Positions 22,252 to 34,516 of a stretch of 64,000 bases of DNA are shown here, in pieces. Source of the stretch: Oikopleura dioica. Lineage: Eukaryota; Animalia; Chordata. Below the pieces are notes generated by a model that had not been told where the DNA came from, did not search any database, and saw nothing but the letters and a program-made list of their open reading frames with translations. Position 1 is the stretch's first letter. Every line of letters starts with the position of its first letter. The translations under genes and the position numbers were made by a program. The stretch spans positions 1,819,929 through 1,883,928 of the forward strand of contig OU015570.1 in the NCBI GenBank assembly GCA_907165135.1, read 5' to 3'.

Positions 22252-23475
22252 TTAGTTTCCATTGTTGGTTTGTGTTTTATCGTCGATAGAAGTTTGAGAT
22301 TTTCGCCGAATTATGAAAGTGAAATTTCGAAATATTCGAAAGTTTCTAGAACATGAGTTAATTATCCCGGTTGTCATGTCGCGTCCTGTTTCCGGATTAA
22401 GTAGGTCGAAACTGAGTCCCTGGTTTTTGATGGAAGTTATCTTCAAAGGTCCGGACCATTTGAAGATTTTTTCAAGTGGGTCGATTTTCTTGCAGAGGAC
22501 CAGGTCGTTTATCTGAAACTCATGAATTTTTTCGTCTGAAGATCGTCGTCTATCATGATTAGCTTGAATCTTCTCTCGAATTGACTCAAAGTTGACGGTG
22601 TTTCTGGTCTGCTTCTGACGATACTTGTCGTTCGAATTTTCTCCCTTGAAGCCAGTTTTGATTTCGAACGGGGAGGCCATTGTTACTGAGTGCTGTGCTG
22701 AATTCATCTGATGAATGACTGTTGGTAACCAGGCGTCCCAGTTCTCTATACCACAGGCAAGTTTCAGTCGAGATTTGATTCTACGGTTCCTATTTTCAAC
22801 TTCACCGTTTGTTTGCGGGTGGTATGCCGGCGAAAGTCGAACTCGGAGTCCTTTTTCTTCTGCGAATTCTCTGACTGCTTTGAACTCTCCTCCATTATCC
22901 ATGAAGATCTCTCTCGGTAAGTGAGGGTTACGGAGCCATTCCGATCGGAGCGCATCGAGGACTTCTTCTGGTTTCTTTGACCGTAATGAGGAGGCGTTCG
23001 TTCTTTTGCTAAAGAGGTCGGTTGAGACACAAATAAATGGCTGGAATGGCTGGAATGGCTGGAGTGGTGCGGTCACATGTCCAAGTGGAGCATTGAGTGG
23101 ATTCGTTGTCGGCTTCATCAGCTGGCATTTTCGACACGATCGAATGTAGTTAGTCACAGTTGCTTTAAAGTTTGGATAGAAGTACTTTTCCTCGATACTT
23201 TTTAGCGTCTGAGTGATCCCAGGGTGGCCCGATCTGTCGTGATACTCCTCCATTATTTCTCGGTAGATCGAAACGGGTGGAATTGCTTTGAATCCGTTTT
23301 TGTCTGTGCCGAGCTCTCCACTATCTCCGAAGCAAAGAAGGCTCCGGTGACGCTTAAGTTCTTTTGTGTCTGAGTCCGTGTCCCCTTGATTGGTTTTGTA
23401 ATTTGGCTCCAGATAGTAGGTTTCAGAAAAGACAGAACAATAACAGCAACATTTAGGCAAGTAACTTAAGATCAC
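22252..23475 (-). pseudogene. pol: Ty3/gypsy integrase of a third family, internally deleted
   Basis: HDRSGHPG...CRKC; FMDNGGEF; QTNGEVE; KWSGPLKI. The segment normally holding the first catalytic Asp is replaced by a PFQPFQPF micro-duplication. Confidence 0.85.
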
Positions 23476-24365
23476 TGGTAAAACAGTTGGCGATTTTTAA
23501 CTATAAGAATTAAAACTCTCTTAGATTTTAAAATCTTATAGGGCGGAAGAAAAGCTTAGTCATAACATGAAAAGTACGAGTTAAAATAGGGATATCGATT
23601 TTTGGTTGCAAAAATAAGGGGGCCCAATTTTAAAATAACTGTCATTCCTGGTTCTCCTCCTTAATATTTATGGGGATTTTTTTGAGAAATTCATGAAGTA
23701 GATCTTGAACTCAGATTGGCCATTAGCCAACCCTATCTGGAAGCTACTAAGAATTATTTAAAATATGGACCTTACCCTATTACCCTAAGGACCTCTAAGG
23801 CTCTATTATTGGACTCGATTCACCCACTATAGTGAAGCCCTTAGGTTCGAGACTTGCCCTTATCGGACTGATCATAACATAGTGATTTATCACTTCCCTA
23901 TGGGTGGGAATGCAGAATCTTGCACTGCTATTTCCGTAGAAGTTGAATCACGGGACGGCCCGCGTATCTTTCCTGAACTTAAAAACACGGTCCTGAATTT
24001 TCTTGATTCTAAATTAAACCAAAATTTAAAATAATTCTCAGCCTGGAAAGATATAAAAGAGACCTCTCGGTACTGAAAACGAAGTCGACTTCCCGTCTTT
24101 AGTGTTTGAACTTATGATGGCTAGTATCTACTTCTTTCTATATTTGCCAAAGAAAACCAGGCCAATTCAAGGGTCTCTTTAATAAAGGATCTTTATCTCT
24201 CTCCTCCCCCCTTTTCTTTGCAATCAAGCGGATAGTAATCAATATCCCAAAAGCAAAATAATAAGCGAGAAAAGCATTTAATAAGCGAAAAAAAGGCATA
24301 AAAATTATTGCAAAAGCATATTATTTTTGCTATAATTATAATTATAAATTATAATTTACAATTAC

Positions 24366-26622
24366 CTGTTTTTTCAACGCGCTCAAATGTCTTTCATATG
24401 CCTCCTTAGCTTTCACAGATTCTTCATAGGCTTTGGACAATTTTTGTTCAGCCTGCTGTGCTCTCTTTAATCCAGGTCTGCACATGTTGGTTATTTCTTA
24501 ATTTTTGATGAATCGAGCTAAGATTAAGAATCTTCTGGCTGTGGATACGATGTCAGACCGATTTCCTGTAAGTCAAGCGTCAGCTGATGCGTTTGTGTCT
24601 GTCTCTTCGTCCGGCAGTTTGCCGCGTAGCCTCGATTTTTCAGTGTCCTTCTGCGCTGCTTGATGTTGATCATTTGCTCTTTGGTGCAGCCGGGCTGTTT
24701 GAGCTTTCTGTTCAACTCGCGGACTGAGATGCTCTTTAGTTCTTCGTCCAGGATCTGAATGAGAGCGTTTTTAATGCCGTTTTCTGTCGACTCGGGCAGA
24801 CTTGGTCAAAACAAGCTTTTCATGCCTTCTAAGCAGAAAGCTATAAACCAAAATCAGCAATCACGTGCTCGAATTCTGTGCCCGTTCTGATTGAAAATTC
24901 TTGATGCGCTTCTCACCGAAAGCAGAAGCTGTTGTCTACCGGCAAAAATAGTTTGTTGATAAGCCAGCATAAACATCAACATAACAAATAGCGATCGATA
25001 AATCAATTTCCTGTTACCAATTTAATTCTTACATGAGTCACATCTTTGTCAAATTTATGTCGCTTGATGAGATATTCTGAATATCATATTCAAGATCACC
25101 AAAAAGCTTGCAATCGAAGTCTCCATCTTAGCTGTATTACTTGGGGACATTCAACAGGAGTAGAACGTATTTTCCTTCAAGGAATTCGGAGTAATTATTT
25201 GTAGCTAGAAATCTACGGTCTTGGGTTGATTGTTGTTTTTGTTATTTGCTAGGTCTTTTGTTGGAAAAAATTGACGTTCTACTCCTTGAAAGCGCGCGTG
25301 ATTATTCTCTCTTATTTTCTCTTGTTATTATGAGTTTTGTGCTGGTGGCGCAGAGTGGGACTAAGAATTAAGCGGAGTCAGCGCTTTTGCGAGGGAACGG
25401 GATTTGCATCGCGCAGCACCTTCTCATCTTATTCCTGGCCTCACTAAATGTCTGCTGTTACAGGGTAACATGTTAGGAGCTGAATTCAAAAGATGCGCCA
25501 AGCCCGAGCGAAGCTGAGAAGCGCGAGGCAGCCGACTCTCTGGCGCCAACGCCCCTATAAAAATCCCTGCACCACACGCCCAAGGGCATTCACTAGAATT
25601 CCTAGATAGAGATAGGAACTAAATAAACTAGAATATAAAATATGCGTTGAGACTTTTTACTAGCAGGATTAGTTTATAGTTAGACCTAGTGTAACACTGC
25701 AGCCGGATTTTAGTCAAGCTAAGCATCTTTCGAATCAGTCGTTAGAGCATTTTAGTGTTTTTATGCCAAGCAAGCCCGATTGATACCTTTGCTGTTCCGG
25801 CAATATTGACCTTTCCCTCCGACGACTTTCGCATGGCAAGGCCCAAGCCGCCCTGACGCCATCTGATGCCGCAATTCGAACTAAACAATGAAATTGGAAT
25901 TACATAATGTTTATATGGTAGAATTTCGGAAACTGCCTACTTTGCTATTTAATCAATTCTCTCAATAAACAGACATCAAAAGTCAAACAAGAGCGTTGAG
26001 GGTACAAATAGACGCGCGTTCAGATTCCCACTGTCGCAGAGACTATTGAATTTGATTCTGAACGCCCCGAATTTGACCTCCGAAGAAAATCAATGAATTT
26101 TGAGTATTGTCTTGCGAAAAAGATAAACAGAAATCATGGAAGAGTCACTTTACCAAAACTCGTATTTCTTTCAAACGAAAAGACTCGTTTTTAGGCTAAT
26201 TCATTGCTTATTTAAAGCTTTGCCGTTAAAAAATTGAACAAATTATCCAGCCTTGCAGAATTAATTGCCAGTCTGACATTTCGTTAAGCATTTTTCCGGC
26301 AGGTTTGATATTCCATCTAAGCCCGCGTTACTTACCCTGAGTCGCTGTCATCTGAATCGTTTGACATATTCACTTTATCCATCTGTCCGTTCTGCTGTTG
26401 TTGCTGCTGCTGCTGTTTCCATAGGCCGGCTACGGTTTCTGGAAGGTTGTCTGGCAAACTGCGGGGCTGGTCCTGTCCGAAGTTGCTTCCAAGTCCTAGT
26501 GGATGCCCAGACGAGGAGGATTGGCTCTGGTTGGCGGCTTCAGCGAGCAAGTTGAACGCTCCCGAGGGGTAATTGTTATCTTCATCTACTGATGGGGTGT
26601 TGGATAGCGGAAAAAATCTCAT
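24366..26622 (-). CDS. maf: Probable spliced Maf-family bZIP transcription factor gene (exons ~26622-26336, 24800-24559, ~24496-24366)
   Basis: [17 protein letters not shown]...[21 protein letters not shown] is the Maf extended-homology plus basic region. The GG|GTAAGT donor at 26336/26335 and AG acceptor at 24801 join in frame. Exon 1 has a polyQ run; the downstream coiled-coil exon ends [13 protein letters not shown]. The zipper splice junction and 3' end are uncertain. Confidence 0.75.
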
Positions 26623-26957
26623 CGGAGCCTGGGTTGGGCTTGTAAGGCTAGTAACCAGACATCTCACTGACGGGCGCTTTGATTCGTCCGTTTAATTTTT
26701 CTCGAATTTTCCATAAGATTCACGTAACCCGTTTTTCCAACATCTGACGAATCAGAGCGCCGACCAAGAAAATGTGTGGTAACTGGCCTCACTAGCCTAA
26801 CTCAGGCCCGCTTGAGATAGGCACTCTGATTCGCCACAGCGCTCTGATGGAAATTCCGCTATCAAACACCCCATCAGTAGAAGGGCTCGTTCATGTTTCT
26901 CAGGGGCAGTAGAAGCTAGATCCAGAGCGTGAGCGTGATTATACGTAATCAATTTGA

Positions 26958-28750
26958 TTAATTAGACTTTTGATAATGAACATTTCTCAAAATGCAAATA
27001 ACATATTTTTTTGCTATCTTTGACGGTTTCATGATTTTTTCAAAGTCAAATTCGCTTATCTCGGCAAGCCATTTGGCAATTTTTAGCTTACGACTCATTT
27101 TTTTGTGCGCCCAATTAACGCATGAATTATCTGTGAACCAGATAATCTTTCGACCGAGAAGATAGTGGCTCCACTTTTCCATTGCTCGCTTGCCGGCCAA
27201 GAGCTCCTTCTCGCTGATCGTTTAGTTCCACTGTGCGTCATCAAATTTTTGTGACAGGTAGGCGACTGGGCAGAATTTCTCATTCTTCGTTTTTCTGTAG
27301 AGAAGAACTGCTCCAATATCCGTTTCGCTGGGGTCTTTCTCAATCGCGAATTCGCCAACATTTGGATTAGGGATTAAAAGAGCGTCGACAATATTACAAA
27401 TTTCGCTTTTAAGCCCTTTAAGTGCTTTTTCCGCTTCTTCAGTCCATTTGAATCCCTTACTCATTGCCTTATTGATTGGAGCAGCCTTTGACGCGAAGTG
27501 CGGAATGAAGTTTCGATGGTAGTTGAGCAGTCCGAAAATGCTCGCGGCTTCTGTTTTCGTAGTTGGTTGACGTAGGTCACGAACTGCTTTTATTTTTGCT
27601 TGGTTCGGATGTCTGAATCCATTTTCGATAATTGCACCACAGAACTTGATTCGTCGTTTCAGGAATTCTGCCTTGGCAGCTCTTATCTTAAGGTTGTTCT
27701 GGCGGAGGATGGACAGGACCTTTTCGATGATTTCTTAGTTCATTTCAAATGATTGCGAATGAAGACATAAATCTTTCAAATAGATTGCAAGTTCGCTGCT
27801 TGGCATATATCATATGAGCGAATATCTTGTCCATCATTCTTTGAAATACCGCTGGCGCATTTTTCCACCCATCGGCATAGCTGTCCAGGTGAACTGACCA
27901 AAGTCTGTCGTTATGACCACTTTTTGCTTCGTATCGGCAGTACAAGAAATCTGGTGAAATCCAGTGAAGAGGTCTGCCGTTGAAAATACCGTTGATTCGG
28001 CCATTTTGTCGATGAGTCCATCGATTTCGGGAAGTGAATACTGGTTTGCTATGGTCATCTGGTTTAGTTTTCTGTAGTCACAAACTAAGCGCCATTTCCG
28101 TTTGGTTTTTTGACGAGCAGTACAGGAGCGGCCAAAGGGCTTGAACACGGCTCCAAAAGTCCAGATAACAGATTTGCTTCGATTATGCGCCTCATTTATT
28201 TCCGAAGAAAGTACGGAGTTCGGTAGCGTTGGGAAGCAACGGGAGCGGCGCTACCTGTGTCGATACTGTAGGACATCGCATCCGTGGTGCCGAGTTTTTC
28301 ATCTTCTACAGCAAACCTATCTGTGTAGTTGAAGATAATTTCGTCAAGTTTCCTTCTTATTTTTGGTGGGGCTTCGCCAATTGAGAGCTCCTTCGTAATT
28401 TATTCGAATTTTCCCTCATTTGGTGAATCAGGTAGTCTTACTTGAAGCAGACGATTCTGCAGACGACTTCATTTTTGTTTATATGTATCGGAAGAGCTTT
28501 GTTGTTCGCAACATGAATTCGTGCTTGATTTTGGAGGCTGGTTAATTAAATACACTGATCGTATACTTCGAAGGTATTATTTTTGTTGACTGGTTCGGGA
28601 AGGGCACAGATAGAGGTTGTAGATGATTTGGAAAGGTTGACGTCGATGAAAGTTGATGATCGTGGTTGAATTGTGATTTGAGAGGTTGATGTCGCGGTTG
28701 ATTCGTCGGCGTATACTCTTGAACTGTGCTTCTAGTGCAGTCTTTGTCTC
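26958..28750 (-). pseudogene. pol: Degenerate Ty3/gypsy RT-RNase H (third family)
   Basis: KWRLVCDYRKLN; ADLFTGFHQI; MPMGGKNAPAVFQR; IGAVLL; EKELLA; FTDNSC; multiple frameshifts. Confidence 0.88.
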
Positions 28751-28760
28751 GTCGCTGATC

Positions 28761-31700
28761 TTATGTTCTGTCGTTCAAAAATGGCTCTCTTTTTCCATCA
28801 ATTGAGTCAATCTTGTAAGGAACGTGAAATGACCGACCAAAGACGCATTCGTTTGGTGTGAGAGAATCCAATGTTTCTCTTGGGAGGTTGTTCATGTGAT
28901 AACACGCTTCAGGCCACTTAAGCGACCAGTTTCTACTGTTTCCGCAAAGAGTTTTGATGAACTTTGCAATGTCGCGATGTGATCGTTCAACTTTCCCATT
29001 TGACATACTTCGAAAAACAGTAGTTGTGACGTGAGTGATTTCGAGCCTTTTCAATATTTCTTTACAGAGAGGCCCGAATTCTTTGCTGTTGTCAGACACA
29101 ATGAAACCGTTTATTCCATGACGCAGGATGAGCTTGAGAAGTCCTCTAGAGACGAGAGCATCGCTTTTGCTGTGAAGTGGTTCGCCATCCAGGTATGAGG
29201 TGAGCTCGTCGATACATGTGAGTAGATACCTCTTGATATTTGTATCTTGTCTGTAGAAGTCAACCAAGTCGATGTGAATTTTTCTGAATGGAGTCGACTC
29301 GTAAAACCTATTCGGAATCATGCTTGGTTTGAGTTTCTTCTGAGGCTTGATCCGGAGGCAGGTTGCGCAGCGTGAGGTTATTGAGCGAGCACGATCTTGA
29401 ACCTTGTGGATGTAGAATCGTTTGACCAGATTGATGAGGGCTTTGCATCCACAGTGGGTATTGAGAATGCGGAGATAATTCAAGAATTCATTCAAAACCG
29501 ATTCTGGAAGAACAATTCGATTGTCAGCAAACAAAACACCGTTGGTTTGTTTGAATTTTTTGGTTGGATTTTTCTTAGATTCCTTAATGAGATTTCGAGT
29601 ATGTGGACACTCAAACTGAAGTTTTTCCATTTCCTTGTACGTAAAGGAACGATTTTCGAATTCAAAAACTTTACTTGAATCGTCTGGTTTGATAAGCGCG
29701 AAAATTGTGTCAGATGGTTCTTCAAAACCTTTTGCTTCTTTTTTTTAGTTTTGATGAGTGTGAATTTGGGATTCTGCTGAGAGCGTCTGCCGTTGGCATA
29801 ACCGGATCGTGGCCAGGTCGATGCAGAATTTTGAAAGAGAAATTCTGAAGATAGTGCTGAATTGTCGCAAGTCGGATGTCGAGAGCTTTCTTCGAGTGCT
29901 CTTTGTAAAGGTATAAGAGACTTTTGTGATCTGTTATTGCTGTGAATTCCACTCCGATGAGATAGTATTCGAAGTATTTGATATTTTCCATTAGAGCGAT
30001 CAATATCCAAGTGTTGTGAAAGTCTGACCATCCTGACACTGATAAAGACAACCACCCATGGCATGTCCACTCGCATCTGAGACAACAGTGAGGGGTGCAT
30101 CAGTTTTGAAGTGACCAAGAGAGGGCCTTTCGAGAAGTTTGCTGCGAATGATCTCAAAGGCGGTTTGATGTTCTTCTTTCCAGTCTAAGTTGACCTTCGA
30201 GCTTGTTAATTGATACAGAGGACGTAGGATCAGTGAGCATCTTTGACGTATTTGATGTTGTAGTTGATCATTCCAAGAACTCGTTTGAGCGATTGTCTAT
30301 CCGTTGTAGGCTGAAGATCTTTAATGCATTTGATATGTTTGTCCGTGAGCGTGATTCCTTCTTTCGATATCCGATGCCCAAGAAACTCAGTTGATGATTT
30401 GCAGAGAATCATTTTCTTGGTATTTAGAAGAAGTCCATTGTCGATACACTTTTGAAATACAAACCAATGTTTGTAAATGCTCCGTGAAATTACTATTGAG
30501 GATGATACAGTTTTTTTCCTCTTTTGTGGATCCCATTTTTGTGGAAATTTTCTTGATTTTAAGGGTTTTTCGTGGGACACTTTTGCAAGAATAATGTTCC
30601 ACTTTTGTGGACATTTGTCCAGCTAATAGAATTTATGAGGAATTAACAGGGTGTATTTTTCAAAAATAAGGATGTCTTTTATTAAAAATTAATGGCCTTG
30701 ACCGTGTTATTGACTAAAAATGGTAAAAAAGGCAGAAAAAAATCGTTTTGATGATAAAATTTTCCATTTTTCGAAGAAAAATTTATCGAAGAAAAAATTT
30801 TAAGGCCCTACGGCAGGACATTTTTTGAAGACTCTTGCCCATTTTTGTGGACATTTTTATGAAAAGTTGGGACAAAAAATGTCCATAAAAGGGGAAAATA
30901 ACTGTTATGTCATCCAAATAAATGAGGATATTTGGGTGATTGAAGAGTCTGTCCATGACCCTCGAGAACGCTGCTGGTTCAGTTCTTGTTCCGTCGAGCA
31001 TTTTATTTGAGCAATAGTGTTTCGAGTTGTTTGAGAATGCGAGTTTCTTCGTATCGTTATCAGTGACTCTGATTTGCCAATTACCTCTTTAGAAATCAAC
31101 CTGTGAGAAGAAGCATTCTTCTCCACTTGTGAGTTTTTCTCCAATTCTTGTGAAAATTGCGCTCAGATGTGGTATCGGGAACCGATCGGATACCAGAAGT
31201 TTGTTGAGTTCGCCAGCGTCAAGACTTATTCTGATACTTGAGTCGGGTTTTTTAAGAATGAGCATGTTGAATGCACCCTGAGCCATTGAGATTATTCTTA
31301 GATCAAGCCATTCGCTGAGATTTTGTTGAACTTTTGGCTTTCAGTGTATCGGCACACGTCGAGGGGCGCTGTGGGCACTAAGCGTCTCGTCGTGGAGAGG
31401 AAGAGAGAACCGAAGGTGAGCAAGCTGACCAATATCCCAATCTCCAATACTGCACGGCTAGTAGATCGTACAGTTTTCTCTTTTGGTCGGGGCTTGTATC
31501 TCCGAATGATGCGATTTCTGGAATAAAATTTATTTCTGTTGCTTTTTCTTCTCTTTCAGATTGAAATTTATGAAGTTCCGTTTTGTCTGCATCGATGTCG
31601 TCGACTTCAATGATTGCATTGATTAGTGCAGATTTGCGAAGTGGTATCCTTTGAACTTCTTTTTTGTTTATTTGAATCGTTTTTGATGCGTTGTCAGCAG

Positions 31701-32040
31701 TGAGCGATAATTGTTGTAACACATCCATACCAAGGATACAGGGAACAGAGAGATTGTCGATAATGAGGGGTTTGACTTTGATTTTGAGCGGTGAAGAGTT
31801 GGTATCAATCGAGATATTGATACTTTCGCTGAGAGTGTTTGTGTTAATAACAGTGTTGGCTATCGTTACTGGAGTTTTCGAAGGGGAGAAATTTCTTGGA
31901 AGGCCGGGTAGATGAGATCGGAGTGCCGTGAGAGTTTCACCAGAGTCTATGAGAGCAGGCCATTCGTAACCATTGATTTCGACATTTACAAATACGAGCT
32001 TGTTTAAGATGCAGGTTGCGAGGAGAGTCCGATCTTCTAG
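28761..32040 (-). pseudogene. pol: pol (PR-RT-RH-IN) of element B, a diverged relative of element A; integrase 3'-truncated
   Basis: WPALIDSG; IRISLDAGELN; YLDD; HCGCKA...CATC; VSDNSKEF; NGKVERSH. Collinear with element A pol; frameshifted. Confidence 0.92.
30508..30904. mobile_element. Tc1/mariner-type MITE (397 bp) inserted just after YLDD of element B
   Basis: TA-CAGTT...AACTG ends; GGACA-rich interior like the 17351 family; RT similarity resumes on both sides. Confidence 0.7.
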
Positions 32041-32475
32041 TCATTTTGCGTTGTTAACTGCATCGATCACGTATTGTGGAGGATCGTTACTGTGAATGTA
32101 TTTGCACGGTGTGTATTTGCATCTCTTGTGCTTCGTGTACAGTTTTTTATGGAATTTTCGGACATCAAATTTTTGGACATTTTTGCTATTTTAAGGGGTT
32201 TTCTTGGGACACTTTTCAAAAGTGCCCGTATCAAATTTTTGGACATTTTCTGCGCCTAATTATTAAATTTTCTGTTTATATCGTATAAGTTGACCAAGAT
32301 TGAATGTTTCTCTTTGGATTTTATTGTGACATGTTTCGATCTCTGTTAGATCATTTTCAAACTAAAGAAAAAGCTACAGTAAGTCAAAAATAGTAGCAGA
32401 AAAGAATACCTTTGAGTTGTCATGAATTTACGAAAACGCAACTGAACAGAAAAGCGAGGTGCAGTTGTTTTTGAG

Positions 32476-34113
32476 ATGGAGCGGCCGATGTGGGCCCCCA
32501 ATCCTTTTCGTCCAATCATCTCATCTCGAAATTCTTTGACTACCGGAATTGAAGCATATCTTTTCAATATTTTGAATAAATTTAAACCTTCGTTTAAATT
32601 TCGACTTGAGAACATGTCGCAATTTAAAGCCGAATTTTTGAATTTTCGAGATCAAATCGACCTTGATAAACACTGTTTTGTATCATATGATATAGCAAGT
32701 ATGTATACTTTCTTACCTATCCCAGATATCGTGGATTTAATTTGTGAAGAAATTTACAAATCACCAAGACTCTATTTCGAACGCGAGACCCTTAAGAGTG
32801 GTTGTATTTCCGAATTTCCACCAAAATTAACCTTTAGAAAATTATTGAAAGCCGCTCTTTGTAAATTTACTGCATTCCACACCAAAGAAAGTGTGTTCCG
32901 TCAACTTTCAGGTTGTGCAATGGGTAGCCGCCTTTCGTGTCTATTGGCTGATATCTATTTGAATTATAGACTCAATTATATTTTTGAAAATGAGATCGAA
33001 ATGAACAATATTATTTACGTTTCAAGATACGTAGACGATATCGTTTGTGTTTGTGAAAAATCAAAAGTCGACAGCATCTTCAAAAAATTGAATCTGATTC
33101 ACCCAGATATTAAATTTACTATAGAACATATGACTAATAACAGTCTGAGATTTCTCGACTGTGAAATCAGTTTAATTAATGACAAATTTGAAATTACGCA
33201 TTTCGAAAAAGAGTCAGCTCGTAGATTTCTTCCAAACTTCAAATCGACGGTCGCACCAAAAATTCATAAAATGAATTTACTCACCGGATCCTTATTTCGA
33301 TGTTTCAATGCTTCTTCATGTGAAGAAACTTTGAAAATAGGTTTAGAAAGAATACGTACTAAATTTGTCTCCAATGGATATCCAGAATCCTTAGTTGAGT
33401 CAAAAATTGACTATATGATCGAACATAAATTCAAGCCTCCGAAGAATGATAAAGATGTTGACAAGATTTACTATTTTCGGTGCAAATTCACTGATTTTCG
33501 ATGTGATAGAATTGCAAAGAAAATGAGAACCCTCATTCAGAAATTGTTTCCTAAATTCCTTTTTCGAGTTGCTTTCTCTCAGATCAAGCTCGAAAATTTT
33601 ATACATCGTCGACTTAAACATCAACTTGACCCTTTCGAAAAGAGTGGACTTGTTTATGATTTCACTTGTTGTTGTAAGCAACGTTACATTGGGGAGACCA
33701 TGAGGACACTGCGGGTTAGAGTTCAGGAACACTCGACATCTGATAAAAATTCAGCTATTTTTCAACACATACGTAGCTGTAAAACATTCATTTCAAAATA
33801 CAATGAATATCGTGGTGAGCCGAACACCCAACAGACAGTCTTTGAAAATAAGAGCATGAATCTTTTCACTCAACAATTTTTTACAATTCTCAAATCTAAC
33901 CTTCCTAACCTTCGTGATCGCAAAATATCTGAAGCTTTACTTATAAAGTTATTCAAACCTCATTTGAACATCAAACACTCAGATAATCCGAATCACCGGA
34001 AACCTTGGAACTTATCTTTACCTTTTGAGATGGAGCCCTTTGGGGGCCCACATCGGCCGCTCCATCTCAAAAACAACTGCACCTCGCTTTTCTGTTCAGT
34101 TGCGTTTTCGTAA
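32476..34113 (+). CDS. Penelope-type RT + GIY-YIG endonuclease (N-terminus lost; the ORF start lies in the inverted pLTR)
   Basis: FRPIIS; SYDIASMYT; GCAMGSRLS; YVDD; LRFLDC; GLVYDFTCCCKQRYIGETMRTLRVRVQEH...SEALLIKLFKPHLN. Confidence 0.93.
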   Translation: MERPMWAPNPFRPIISSRNSLTTGIEAYLFNILNKFKPSFKFRLENMSQFKAEFLNFRDQIDLDKHCFVSYDIASMYTFLPIPDIVDLICEEIYKSPRLYFERETLKSGCISEFPPKLTFRKLLKAALCKFTAFHTKESVFRQLSGCAMGSRLSCLLADIYLNYRLNYIFENEIEMNNIIYVSRYVDDIVCVCEKSKVDSIFKKLNLIHPDIKFTIEHMTNNSLRFLDCEISLINDKFEITHFEKESARRFLPNFKSTVAPKIHKMNLLTGSLFRCFNASSCEETLKIGLERIRTKFVSNGYPESLVESKIDYMIEHKFKPPKNDKDVDKIYYFRCKFTDFRCDRIAKKMRTLIQKLFPKFLFRVAFSQIKLENFIHRRLKHQLDPFEKSGLVYDFTCCCKQRYIGETMRTLRVRVQEHSTSDKNSAIFQHIRSCKTFISKYNEYRGEPNTQQTVFENKSMNLFTQQFFTILKSNLPNLRDRKISEALLIKLFKPHLNIKHSDNPNHRKPWNLSLPFEMEPFGGPHRPLHLKNNCTSLFCSVAFS

Positions 34114-34180
34114 ATTCATGACAACTCAAAGGTATTCTTTTCTGCTACTATTTTTGACTTACTGTAGCTTTTTCTTTAGT

Positions 34181-34213
34181 TTGAAAATGATCTAACAGAG
34201 ATCGAAACATGTC
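34181..34213 (+). ncRNA. Minimal hammerhead-like motif in the Penelope pLTR (U3-A8 variant); inverted copy at 32328-32360
   Basis: TTGAAAA-T-GATCT-AACAG-AGATC-GAAA-CATG-TC; stem II and the palindromic stem III are intact, stem I is weak. Confidence 0.55.
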
Positions 34214-34516
34214 ACAATAAAATCCAAAGAGAAACAAATTTTCTGTTTCTTTTTTAGCCAGATATGAAGTTTTTTCATATTAAAAATCTTACTTTTTCTT
34301 TGAGAAAGACAAGATTGAAGGTTGATCTCGTACCCCTGAAACTTTTTTTTGTCTTTAGAAGAAGGATTTAACAAAGAATGATGGAGACTTTCCTCAAAAA
34401 AAAATTTTTTAAGCGATTTGGATGGGACATTTTTTTGGCCGCGTGTATCAAATTTTTGGACATTTTTGCGAGAATCTTGGGACAAAAAATGTCCAAAAAT
34501 TTCATAATTAACTATA

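Larger units (their letters stand above)
32278..34235 (+). mobile_element. 5'-truncated Penelope-like retroelement with inverted terminal pLTR copies
   Basis: 13-bp TSD AAATTTTCTGTTT (32265-32277 / 34236-34248); 195-bp inverted repeats at 32306-32500 and 34041-34235. Confidence 0.93.
32140..34514 (+). mobile_element. Tc1/mariner-type MITE (17351 family) in element B gag, itself split by a Penelope insertion
   Basis: Left part 32140-32277 and right part 34236-34514 match 17351-17744. Confidence 0.88.
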
